From: a virus
Lineage: Duplodnaviria; Caudoviricetes
Length of the DNA stretch: 64,000 nucleotides
IMG/VR virus record: IMGVR_UViG_3300049142_000058
Location: 7,909-71,908 of that record
Reading direction: 5' to 3' (one strand)
Shown piece by piece: positions 8,956 to 17,507 of the stretch (its first letter is position 1; every line of letters begins with the position of its first letter). The position numbers and the translations under genes were made by a program. Under the pieces are notes generated by a model. The model saw only the letters and a list, made by a program, of their open reading frames with translations. It was not told the DNA's origin and made no database searches.

Positions 8956-9248
8956 CCGGTGGCCTGCTTGACACGTCCGCGCCCCTGAGCGGGGCGGATC
9001 ATCCGCAGGTCGGCGGCGGGCGTGGCGGGCGCAGCAGCGGCGGCGGTGGAGTCCGGCAGGACGGTGGTCAGCTCCTGGAGCATCCGCAGCTCACAGGGGC
9101 AGAACACGGTGGTCTCGCCGCGCTTCTGGTGCGGCACCTTGTGGCGGTTGTCCCGCAGCCACCGCTCGCCGCACTTGAGCAGAGCTGCCGCCTCCTCGTA
9201 CGTGAGGCAGACGATCTCCGTGCACCGGCAGTGCGCCCGCCTACTCAT
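8952..9248 (-). CDS. Excisionase-like HTH_17 protein
   Basis: LTYEEAAALLKCGERWLRD; second gene of the early operon. Confidence 0.65.
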   Translation of the reverse strand: MSRRAHCRCTEIVCLTYEEAAALLKCGERWLRDNRHKVPHQKRGETTVFCPCELRMLQELTTVLPDSTAAAAAPATPAADLRMIRPAQGRGRVKQATG

Positions 9249-9538
9249 GCCGGGCGGGCTTCCGGCTGGTCCTGCTCGCGGGCCTCCGCCCACGGGGCAA
9301 CCTCACGCTTGGCCTCCAGGACCACGCGCGGGCAGTTCAGTGCCTTCGCCATGGCGTTGAGGTTGCGGGGGGTCGCGTTGCGCTCACCGCGCTCGATGGC
9401 GCCGACGAGCTGCTCACTGACTCCCACGGCCTGCGCGAGCTGCCGCAGGGTCAGGCCCGACTGTTCGCGGGCGTACTTCACCGCTTCCGGCGCATGGTTC
9501 ATAGGGCGCCGACGGCGCCCTTCGAGTGGCTGGCTCAT
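9245..9538 (-). CDS. Cro-like XRE HTH regulator
   Basis: AREQSGLTLRQLAQAVGVSEQLVGAIERGER; divergent from the repressor. Confidence 0.85.
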   Translation of the reverse strand: MSQPLEGRRRRPMNHAPEAVKYAREQSGLTLRQLAQAVGVSEQLVGAIERGERNATPRNLNAMAKALNCPRVVLEAKREVAPWAEAREQDQPEARPA

Positions 9539-9545
9539 GTAGTGA

Positions 9546-9574
9546 AAACTAGCCTCTACTTGCCACCCATGCAA
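9546..9574 (-). promoter_or_regulatory. Early lytic promoter (TTGCAT-17-TAGTTT), probably leaderless
   Basis: -35 at 9569-9574, -10 at 9546-9551, ATG 7 nt downstream. Confidence 0.6.
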
Positions 9575-9724
9575 CTAGTAGCGTGTAGTTGTGCGTAGTC
9601 GCCATGTGGTGCAACGTAGCGGGTCAGACCCCTTACGCAGGGCCACCACTAGGGAGATCACTAGCCACACCTAGGCAACGCACACCACAAATTTGGCGAG
9701 TCTCAGATGGCGAACTAGCCTCTA
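9547..9724. promoter_or_regulatory. Immunity operators: AACTAGCCTCTA direct repeat (9547-9558, 9713-9724) and CTAG cluster
   Basis: Exact 12-bp repeat overlapping both divergent promoters; seven CTAG within about 180 bp. Confidence 0.6.
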
Positions 9725-9744
9725 GTCGTGCCAAGCTGCCACAC

Positions 9745-10203
9745 ATGACCAATCCCGCTAGCCCGTCTCCTCCACCGGAGGGCGTGCTGCTCCAGCGTGC
9801 GCAGAAGCGCAGCGGCCTCACCGTCGTCCAGGCCGCCGAGAAAGCTGGAATGAGCCGCTCGCGGTGGAACCAAATCGTTTCCGGTTATGAGTCCGTCCAC
9901 GGGACGCGCGTCCCCTTCAAGGCGCCCGCCGACACCGTCGCGCGCATGGCCCTCGCCGTCGGCGTCATGCCCGCCCAGCTCAAAGAGGTGCACCGCGGTG
10001 ACGCAGCGAAAGCGCTTGAGGAAATCGTCAAGCACGCACCCCCCAGAGTGCCCAGCGTTGCCAGTCCGACCCTGGACGCCATCACGGCGCTCCTGAACAC
10101 ACTGACTCCCGAAGAACAGGAGGCCGTGGTCAGGCGACTTTCACACTCCCTCCCGCAAGCACCCCGGCAAGAGGACACCGATCGTGACCGCAACGTGAGT
10201 TGA
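9745..10203 (+). CDS. Immunity repressor (XRE HTH)
   Basis: QRAQKRSGLTVVQAAEKAGMSRSRWNQIVSG; divergent from Cro and next to the integrase. Confidence 0.8.
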   Translation: MTNPASPSPPPEGVLLQRAQKRSGLTVVQAAEKAGMSRSRWNQIVSGYESVHGTRVPFKAPADTVARMALAVGVMPAQLKEVHRGDAAKALEEIVKHAPPRVPSVASPTLDAITALLNTLTPEEQEAVVRRLSHSLPQAPRQEDTDRDRNVS

Positions 10204-10306
10204 CAGCCAGCCAGTCACGTTATGACCACAAGCGTTTACTACTTGCCATCAAGGGGGGTGCCTAACGCAGAATCAGATCAATCCTGAACACTAGGGGGAA
10301 CCACCC

Positions 10307-11146
10307 GTGTCCGAAGCGTTGCTAGTCATCATGTGCGGAGTGTCCAGCGTGCTCGGCGCCTGCTGCCTCGCACTGGTCATCCTGTACCGGCGCTACAAGA
10401 GGCAGGCCGCCCAAATATCCCAGCTCAAAACGGAAGTGACAGCACAGAAGATCGCCGTCCTGGCCAGCCTGCCCATGCCCCCGGGTGGTCCCGAACCCGA
10501 CGAACCCGAACCACCGGTTCGCCGCAAGCGTCACCTCTCACTCATAAAGGGCGGCGGAGTCGCCGCATTCATAACGACAATCGGCCAGCACATACGCTCC
10601 GCGTGGAACAGTCGCCGGCCCACAGCGATGGCCACCGCAACAGCACTCACCGCCTGCACCCTCGCGGTGGCCCTCACTTCCGCAGACACCCGGCCCGACA
10701 CGCCGGACCCGGACATTCGCGTCCCCCCCGCCACCGCGCCGGACGCACCCGCCACCACCAAGCAGCCCGAGGACAGGGACGCGATCACCGCCAAGGAGCA
10801 GGACACACCCCGCGCCATCACGCCGGCGGCCGCCCTCGCCGAGCCCGCCGCCGCGGTGCCGGCCGCCGCCGCAAGGACGCCCCCCACCGCCAAGGCACGG
10901 CCCACCGCGAGGACACCGCCTGCCGCCGAGGCAACGCCCGCCTCCGAGAGGAGCGTGCCGCCGGCGTCACCTCCGGCCCAGCTCCCGCCCCCGGCAACGG
11001 CGGCCCCCGGTAAGTGCAACGGCAACGGCAAGTGCAACAGTCACGGGAACGCTCCCGGGAACGGTCACGGTCCCAGGGGCAAGGACTCCGGCGTGAGCAG
11101 GAAGGCACCGCTCATGGCCGGCACGAACGGCGCCCCCACCCCGTAG
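10307..11146 (+). CDS. Membrane protein with Pro/Ala-rich tail, lysogeny-expressed candidate
   Basis: N-terminal TM, second hydrophobic segment, GGGGGA RBS. Confidence 0.65.
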   Translation: MSEALLVIMCGVSSVLGACCLALVILYRRYKRQAAQISQLKTEVTAQKIAVLASLPMPPGGPEPDEPEPPVRRKRHLSLIKGGGVAAFITTIGQHIRSAWNSRRPTAMATATALTACTLAVALTSADTRPDTPDPDIRVPPATAPDAPATTKQPEDRDAITAKEQDTPRAITPAAALAEPAAAVPAAAARTPPTAKARPTARTPPAAEATPASERSVPPASPPAQLPPPATAAPGKCNGNGKCNSHGNAPGNGHGPRGKDSGVSRKAPLMAGTNGAPTP

Positions 11147-11220
11147 ACCACCCACACGCAGCAGCAGGGACCGAACACCGATGACCGGTGTTCGGGCCCT
11201 GCTGTTACCCCGCATCCGCA

Positions 11221-13017
11221 TCAAGAGTACGTCCGGTCTCCTTGCCCCGGTTGCCCCGCGACTGTCGGGTGCTGCGAGCACATCCGCAGCGCCTCCTCGC
11301 GAGCCTCCGTGAACCCGGCCCGTACCTTCTCCTCGTCCTCCCCCCACGCCGCGGCACTGGTCAACGCGAGCGGCCCGGACTCATACCGCACCCGCGTGAC
11401 GACGCTGCGCCCGGTGAACTGGTCCTCCCAATCCCACACCCACCGCCGGGTGACGGACTCCAGCGCCACCCCGGTGGAGAACTGCGTGCCATCCGGCAGG
11501 TACAGCGCGGACCCCCACCACAGCCGCACCCGCTGCGCGGGCTCACGACGCACGTCCTTGACGCCGTTACCGCCGGAGTACGTACGCACCCACCATGCCT
11601 CCGTCATCTTCTCCACACGCGACTCACCGCCGGTCTCGTCCTGCCACACCCGCGCCGTCTCCTCCGCATGGTCCAGCCGCCAGAACGCGAGGCGCACGTC
11701 CACCGGGTCCTCCAGGTGCAGCACGTACACCGCCGGCGCGTTGTCCTGGACGGGCACCTCGAGTTCCGCCACCGCGGCGGCCTCATCGCTCGGTGCCGAC
11801 CCCAGCACCCGCGAGATGGTCTCCATGGCCGCGTCGTCCGCCTCCGGCAGCAGGTGCCCGTACCGGTCGGACGTGGTGGTGATGGACTCATGACCGAGGC
11901 GCCGTTGCACGTACGTGAGGGAGTGCTGCCCGGAGGACAGCAAGGCCGCGGCGTGGGAGTGGCGCAGGTCGTGGAACGTGGGGAACTTGTACTCCGTCAC
12001 CACCCCGTCCGCCTTGGCCTTGGCCACCGCCCGGATCCACCGCTCATAGAACGTGGAGTACGGCAGCCGCTCCCCCTGCCCGTTGTGGAAGATCAACGCG
12101 TTGTGGCTCAGGGACGTGATCCCGTGCGCCTCCAGCTCCTCCCACAGGTCCAGCGGGATACGGATCGTGCGCCGGGACTGCTTGGACTTCGGCTTGCCCA
12201 GGTAGAACCCCTCCTTGGGCTTGCGCTTCCATGCACGCGCCACCCGCAGCGTGCACTTGTCGCCCTCCCTCTTGGCGTGCCGCCGGGCAAGCGCCGACAG
12301 CTCCCCCCACCGCATGCCCGTGGCGTACGCGACCCGCACGAGGAGCTTGTCCGCCGGCCGCGCCAGGAAGGACACGATGCCCTCCACCTCATGAGGTTCG
12401 AGGAACTCCATGTCCTCACCCTCATCGTCCTCCGCGCCGTCGTCGTCGATGCGCGGCAGCCGGGTGCGCTCGCACGGGTTGCGGTCCCGCAGCGGCGGCT
12501 CCCCCTTCACCGCCTCATTGAGGAGCCCGGACAGCAGCCCGTGCAGGTTCTTGAGCGTCTTCGGGCTCATCGGCTTGTACTTCGAGCCGCGGAACACCCA
12601 CGTCTCCGACATGGCCTTGACCCACGCCTGAACCGTCCGGCTGGAGAAGTGCTCTGTGGACCGCACGTCGCAGTTGCCGAACGTGGGGAAGATGTACTTC
12701 TCCAGGTCCCGCAGACAGGCGTGCCGGTAGTCCTCCTCCACACCCACCCGGTTCGTGATGATCTCCGTCGCGAACGCCCGGAACACGTACCGCTCGTCCA
12801 GGTCGTCGGACTCATCCACGTACCCGCGGCCCTTGACCCACCCCGGCGGCCACTGCTGGCCGGCCTCGTTCACCGCGCCCTGGAACACCTTCGCGGAGTC
12901 CTCATCCTCGAAGCGTTCCGTCTGCCACGGCGCCGTGCGGGCGCCGCCCAGTCTCCACTTGACCTGGTAGCTGGTGACCTCACCGTCACGGTTCTTGCGT
13001 GTAGTTATGTAGGCCAT
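11221..13017 (-). CDS. int: Tyrosine integrase with long C-terminal extension
   Basis: ATGMRWGEL (R), KPKSK (K), FHDLRH, LGHESITTTSDRYGH. TACCCT -10 lies 6 nt before ATG 13017. Confidence 0.93.
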   Translation of the reverse strand: MAYITTRKNRDGEVTSYQVKWRLGGARTAPWQTERFEDEDSAKVFQGAVNEAGQQWPPGWVKGRGYVDESDDLDERYVFRAFATEIITNRVGVEEDYRHACLRDLEKYIFPTFGNCDVRSTEHFSSRTVQAWVKAMSETWVFRGSKYKPMSPKTLKNLHGLLSGLLNEAVKGEPPLRDRNPCERTRLPRIDDDGAEDDEGEDMEFLEPHEVEGIVSFLARPADKLLVRVAYATGMRWGELSALARRHAKREGDKCTLRVARAWKRKPKEGFYLGKPKSKQSRRTIRIPLDLWEELEAHGITSLSHNALIFHNGQGERLPYSTFYERWIRAVAKAKADGVVTEYKFPTFHDLRHSHAAALLSSGQHSLTYVQRRLGHESITTTSDRYGHLLPEADDAAMETISRVLGSAPSDEAAAVAELEVPVQDNAPAVYVLHLEDPVDVRLAFWRLDHAEETARVWQDETGGESRVEKMTEAWWVRTYSGGNGVKDVRREPAQRVRLWWGSALYLPDGTQFSTGVALESVTRRWVWDWEDQFTGRSVVTRVRYESGPLALTSAAAWGEDEEKVRAGFTEAREEALRMCSQHPTVAGQPGQGDRTYS

Positions 13018-13092
13018 GGGGGCAGGGTAGCGCGCGTGCGCGCCCACGGTGCGCCCACGGCACCGAAGGACCCTGCCCCCAACAGGCCGTTT

Positions 13093-13170
13093 CCGCAGGT
13101 CAGATACCTGTAGTGTCTTGTACCCGGAACCGGACTCGAACCCGCGATGACACAAACCCGTGACCTGCGG
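13093..13170 (-). other. attP: tRNA 3'-end core GGTTCGAGTCCGGTTCCGGGTA (13121-13142) flanked by inverted CCGCAGGTCA/TGACCTGCGG arm-type sites
   Basis: T-loop GGTTCGAGTCC plus acceptor 3' strand, no 5' half; immediately upstream of int. Confidence 0.8.
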
Positions 13171-13362
13171 GAACTACTTGACGTGCAGGAACGGGCACCG
13201 CATCACGACACCACACGACGGATTACGACGCACCCCGACACCCCGGTGATCCCGCGGGCGCACCACTGGGCGCGCGTCCATGAGCCTGCCCGAACGCCCC
13301 CACCGGCGCCACCACAAACGGCGTCCCGACGGCCCCGCCCCTCCGGTGGTAGCGTGCCTACG

Positions 13363-13431
13363 CCTCCCGCTGAGTATGAGACAGCGGGAGGCCCCAGAAC
13401 CTCCCGTTGCGTAAGAGACAGCGGGAGGTTC
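13363..13431. terminator. Tandem near-identical hairpins (double terminator)
   Basis: CCTCCCGCTG-N9-CAGCGGGAGG followed by GAACCTCCCGTTG-N9-CAGCGGGAGGTTC. Confidence 0.55.
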
Positions 13432-13524
13432 TTTCACGCCCGGCCACACAATGACGAAGGCCCTGATCGCTCGCCGGCGAGGCGCGAGCGATCAGGGCCC
13501 ATCCCCCCAGTGCGGGCCCAGGGG

Positions 13525-14154
13525 TCAGCCGAGCTCCGACCCGATCGCCACCCCGAGCATGACCAGCATCGCGACGAGCAGCGCGACGAACGCACCCGCC
13601 CCGACGGCCATCCAGGGACTCTGCCGGTACAGCACCCGCCACGCCTCCAGTCCCGTACGGCCGTCGGCCCACAGCCGCACGCCGAACACGCTCAGGTGGA
13701 TCGAGGTGTACTGCGCGGGCTGGTCGTCCGCGTCGCCGGTCCGCTTCGACTGCTTGCTGTTCACGTGCCTCTCCTCTTCGAAGTGGGCGATTGCCCGCTC
13801 GCTGTATCCGTAGAACCTGCCGCGCTCGGCGTCGCCCTCTGCGTCCGGCGCGTGATCGCCCCACTCGACGACGTCGCACGTGTTCTCGTGCATCGACCAA
13901 CGCACCCGCACCGCGGGGAAGCCGTCGAGTCCTTCGAGCGCCTGGCGCAGCAACATGACCGACGTCGCGTCGCGTACCGGGATGTAGCCGCCGCGCCGTT
14001 CACCGCCGATCGGCACCGCGAGGTAGCTGACCCCGTCGACGACAACCGCCACTGCGGCGTCGACGAGTGACGGGTCCGCCAACCGCTCCCGGTACCACGA
14101 CGTTTCCCACTCCTCGCGTTTGCCCGGGCGCCGCACCTCGGCGGGACCTTCCAT
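13525..14154 (-). CDS. DUF6302-like protein with C-terminal TM
   Basis: WYRERLADPSL..AAVAV...YLAVPIGGERRGGY motif recognised from Streptomyces accessory modules. Confidence 0.6.
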   Translation of the reverse strand: MEGPAEVRRPGKREEWETSWYRERLADPSLVDAAVAVVVDGVSYLAVPIGGERRGGYIPVRDATSVMLLRQALEGLDGFPAVRVRWSMHENTCDVVEWGDHAPDAEGDAERGRFYGYSERAIAHFEEERHVNSKQSKRTGDADDQPAQYTSIHLSVFGVRLWADGRTGLEAWRVLYRQSPWMAVGAGAFVALLVAMLVMLGVAIGSELG

Positions 14155-14242
14155 GGCACCCCTCATCCTCAATCTCGTCCGCACAGCAGTGGGCCCGGCC
14201 TCCACAACTCGCTCCAGAGGCCGGGCCCACTGCTGTGCGCGC

Positions 14243-14551
14243 TCAGGGCCTGCGGAACACCTCGGTCGGCCTGAACGGCCGCTCCGGAGCGGGCGGCAGG
14301 GCAGTGAAGCGCGGGAGGGCTACGCGCTCCGCCGCGTCCTGTGCGCTCTCCTGCGCGGCCACGGCCTGGTCGTCGGCTACACCGCTCGGCGTCCACTGGT
14401 GGCCGTCCCACTCCAACATCCCGCGCGGCACGTCCGGGTCGACGTGCGCACCCCGCTCGGGTTCGCCGAGGGGGACGGCCTTCCGGTCGCCGGGCGCGGG
14501 CCGGCGGGCATCACGGCGTGCGGCCCACTCGTCCAACGGCTCGTCATCCAC
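14243..14551 (-). CDS. DUF6087-like protein
   Basis: DEPLDEWAARR...GAHVDPDVPR...EWDGHQW.P.GVADD. Confidence 0.65.
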   Translation of the reverse strand: MDDEPLDEWAARRDARRPAPGDRKAVPLGEPERGAHVDPDVPRGMLEWDGHQWTPSGVADDQAVAAQESAQDAAERVALPRFTALPPAPERPFRPTEVFRRP

Positions 14552-14623
14552 GGGTTCACCTTCCCTGTGTCGTCTCGTCTGCCAGTGTGCCGACGGCCGT
14601 GCCGCCACCGGAAGCCCCGCCGG

Positions 14624-15757
14624 TCAGAGCGTGACGGACCAGCCGCCCCGGGCCAGGGTCGTCTCACCGTCCGGCGTGATCGTCACCTTCGCCCCGTACA
14701 CGGGCAGTTCCCCGTCCTGGAGCCACCGCCACCGGATGCCGTCCAACAGGTCGTACAGGCGGCGCGGGCCGCCCTGGTGCACGGTCGCGGAACGGCTGAC
14801 GGGCTTCGTCTCCGCGCGGGCCCACGAGCCGTCCGGGTGAAGCATCCACGCTGTCGGATTGCCCTGGTCGTCGGTGCCGGTGCGATGCTCGATGCCGGGA
14901 GCCGTGAGGGACAGCATCGACCACACCTCCCACGCCTGCATGACGTTCAGGACCGGGTACGGCGAGTCGGTGACCTCGTCGCCCTCCGCATCGCGGGCCT
15001 TGTTGAACAGCTCATCGAGCAGCGGCGGGTAGTCGTCGCCCGTACGGGTGGCCATGAACGCCGCCCGGTCCCACTCGATCCGGCCGGCCGCGCCGCCGTC
15101 GTCGGTCCTGTCGGCGGTCAGGATCAGCCCTGTCCCGGCGATGGTGGTCACCAGTCGCCCGCCCGGGCGCAGCACCCGCAGCCACGATGCCGGGATGTGC
15201 GGCACGGACACCATGGACACGATCCGGTCGTACTCGCCGGGGAGCGCCTCGGTGGCGTCCTGGAGGAGCATCTTCGGGTGGTAGCCGATCGAGTCGAGAC
15301 GCTCCGAGGCGGCTTGGATCAGGTACTGGTCGACGTCCACCGTCGTCACCTGGTGATCGCCCAGGTACGCGCATGCCAGGGCCGCGCTGTAGCCGGAGCC
15401 CGTCGCGACGTCGAGCAGCTGGTGACTGTGGTGGACGTGCCCGTGTCTGAGCATGGTGACCACCAGGCCCGGCAGGGTGCTGGACGATGTGGGCCGTCCC
15501 GTCACCGCCTCACCGTCGGCAGCGTGGTCGGCGTGCACCGGGCCGACCTTGGTCACGAGGGTCTGGTCCGCGTACGCGGCCCGCGCCCAGGCCGCCTCGT
15601 ACGAAGGGCCGTCCGTGGGGGTCCACCCCTCCGGGCCGGCGGTGAACCACCGCGGGACGAACTCGTGCCGGGGTGTTGCCACAACCGGCCGATACCACCG
15701 GGACGTGGGGGGAACCGTTGAGCGGGCGAGCTGCGCGGCGTGGCGCGTCCAGTCCAT
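14624..15757 (-). CDS. PIMT/PCMT-like RiPP O-methyltransferase (aspartimide-forming type)
   Basis: PRHEFVP, PTSSSTLPGLVVTML, LDVATGSGYSAAL, YDRIV, LRPGGRLV. TGATG-coupled to tgmB. Confidence 0.88.
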   Translation of the reverse strand: MDWTRHAAQLARSTVPPTSRWYRPVVATPRHEFVPRWFTAGPEGWTPTDGPSYEAAWARAAYADQTLVTKVGPVHADHAADGEAVTGRPTSSSTLPGLVVTMLRHGHVHHSHQLLDVATGSGYSAALACAYLGDHQVTTVDVDQYLIQAASERLDSIGYHPKMLLQDATEALPGEYDRIVSMVSVPHIPASWLRVLRPGGRLVTTIAGTGLILTADRTDDGGAAGRIEWDRAAFMATRTGDDYPPLLDELFNKARDAEGDEVTDSPYPVLNVMQAWEVWSMLSLTAPGIEHRTGTDDQGNPTAWMLHPDGSWARAETKPVSRSATVHQGGPRRLYDLLDGIRWRWLQDGELPVYGAKVTITPDGETTLARGGWSVTL

Positions 15758-16725
15758 CAGGAAACTCCTTGCAGTTCGTCGGCGATCGCCGCGGCGATCG
15801 GCTGCCCGGTGGCGCCCTGGATCCAGTCCCATTGCCCGCAGGGATTCACCTCAAGGAACCACCACCGTCCATCAGGGTCAACGACGAAATCGGCGGCCCC
15901 GTAGGTGAGGTGGAGCCGGTCCATCAGGGCGCGCATTCCCGCCTCTACGTCGGAGGGCACCGTGGTGGTGGCGTACGTGAGAGAGCCGTAGTCGGCTCGC
16001 CAGTCCTCGTGTGCGGCGTCGCTTCCGGCGTGCACTTCGGTGGCGAACATGCGCGAGCCGACCACCGTGAGGCGGATCTCGTGGCTCTTGTCGACCCAGG
16101 CTTGGAAGAGATGGGCGGTGCTGGCGATGCCTCGCAGATCAGCGAGATCATCCGGGGTGAGGCGGCGGGTGTAGACGGCTTTGAGGTGGCCGTCCTCGAT
16201 CAGCACCGGGGAGGCCACGGGCTTGCAGATCAGCGGGCCGGGCACCTCGGCGGCGAACTGCCGCACCGCGTCCGGCTCGTTTGTGATCAGGGTCGCCGGG
16301 ATGCGCAGCCCGCACGCGCGGGCCGCGTCGAGCTGGACCGGCTTGTACTCGGCGCGGGCCATGAACGTCGGATGGTTGACCCATCGGCAGTCCAGCGCGG
16401 ACAGGACACCGCCCAGGCCGGCGCGGGCCTGCGCAGCCGCGTACCGCTCCTCAGGGCCGGTCATCCCGTCGGGGAACTGGAACGCCCCGGGGGCGCGGTA
16501 GTACACCGCGCCGACCCGGGACAGCTCCACCGTGCGATGCTCGGTGGCCAGATCCCCCGCCCACCCGTCGAGTCCCCAGTCGAGCCGGCCGGTCAGCGAT
16601 ATCCGCTGCGGGAAGTCGGCGGTGTCCATGCGGAACACCTCGACTCCCCGGCCGGTCAGCTCGGTCATGACGCGATCGGTCGGCCAGTCATCGTTGGCCG
16701 CGATCACCAGGACAGGCAGGGACAT
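15757..16725 (-). CDS. tgmB: ATP-grasp RiPP maturase (graspetide synthetase)
   Basis: D.PTDRVMTEL, AVYYRAP, WVNHP, AEYKPVQL, P.TLITN, ICKPV, FQAWVDK..EIR, DWR, YGAADF, WWFLEVNPCGQW. Confidence 0.93.
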   Translation of the reverse strand: MSLPVLVIAANDDWPTDRVMTELTGRGVEVFRMDTADFPQRISLTGRLDWGLDGWAGDLATEHRTVELSRVGAVYYRAPGAFQFPDGMTGPEERYAAAQARAGLGGVLSALDCRWVNHPTFMARAEYKPVQLDAARACGLRIPATLITNEPDAVRQFAAEVPGPLICKPVASPVLIEDGHLKAVYTRRLTPDDLADLRGIASTAHLFQAWVDKSHEIRLTVVGSRMFATEVHAGSDAAHEDWRADYGSLTYATTTVPSDVEAGMRALMDRLHLTYGAADFVVDPDGRWWFLEVNPCGQWDWIQGATGQPIAAAIADELQGVS

Positions 16726-16728
16726 GAG

Positions 16729-17025
16729 TTAGTCCTTCGCCCCTTCGTCCAGCGGCGGCGGGTTGCTCGTCGAGCCGTCCGGCACGGTCGGGCTGTGCGT
16801 GTTGGCCATGCAGGTCAACAGGCCCCCGTCGTACGACAGGTTGACCTGCCGCTCCGTGTCGTAGAAATGCGCCGGAATGACGGCGGCGCCGGTCGAGTCG
16901 GGGGTGCGGGCGAAACGCAGCCCCCACGGCCGGGTGTCCGGCCCCGACGGCGGCTCACTGCTGAACGGGACCCGGCCGCCAGGCGGGGTGAGCGGGAACG
17001 CCTCACGGTCCAAAGCTGTCGTCAT
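16729..17025 (-). CDS. tgmA: Graspetide precursor peptide
   Basis: Leader RPWGLR and YDTERQV; core ANTHSPTVPDGSTSNPPPLDEGAKD. Confidence 0.88.
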   Translation of the reverse strand: MTTALDREAFPLTPPGGRVPFSSEPPSGPDTRPWGLRFARTPDSTGAAVIPAHFYDTERQVNLSYDGGLLTCMANTHSPTVPDGSTSNPPPLDEGAKD

Positions 17026-17088
17026 GAGTGGTGTCTCCTTCAGTCGGTGGTGCCTTGGTGCCCGGCTGTTGGGGCCGGGCCGGTTCGG

Positions 17089-17277
17089 TCAGATTCCGAT
17101 CGGCTGCCGCGCCAGGAAGTACGCGCGGGCCTGTCGCATGAGGCGCTCAAGGCAGTCCTCACACGCGAAGAACGGGCAGTGCTGCCCGTCCCACTGCACC
17201 GGCCCGAGCCAGATCACCCGCAGGCCGGTGCGCTCGCACCCGAGCCAGCAGTCTCCAGTGATCCAGTGCCGTTCCAC
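17089..17277 (-). CDS. Small Zn-binding hypothetical protein
   Basis: CWLGC...ACEDCL. Confidence 0.65.
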   Translation of the reverse strand: MERHWITGDCWLGCERTGLRVIWLGPVQWDGQHCPFFACEDCLERLMRQARAYFLARQPIGI

Positions 17278-17507
17278 GGGACGGTCCTCTCAGTGGGGGT
17301 GAGGAGATCGGCCGGCCCCGCCGTGGGGGAACGGATTAGAGGGCCGGCCGACCGTCTTACCCGGCGAGGCTCGGGGGGTGAGCCACCCCGGCCCCGCCGG
17401 TGTCTACAAGGGGCATGCGGCGTGCGCCGCCATGTGCGGCCCCGTTCCATCCGCTACGGGGGGGACAGACGGGCCAGGGCCGCGGCCCTGGAGGCGTGGG
17501 ACCGTTG

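Noticed and set aside
13018-13155. Integrase start at 13155 as given by the ORF track
   Set aside because: The extension runs through the att core; a TACCCT -10 six nt before ATG 13017 supports a leaderless start there.
13100-13170. A complete tRNA gene
   Set aside because: Only the T-loop and acceptor 3' strand are present; the 5' side of the T-stem is mismatched and there is no D or anticodon arm.
13147-14070. Plus-strand 307-aa ORF starting in attP
   Set aside because: Overlaps the att arm, terminators and the antisense of the DUF6302-like gene; low-information composition.
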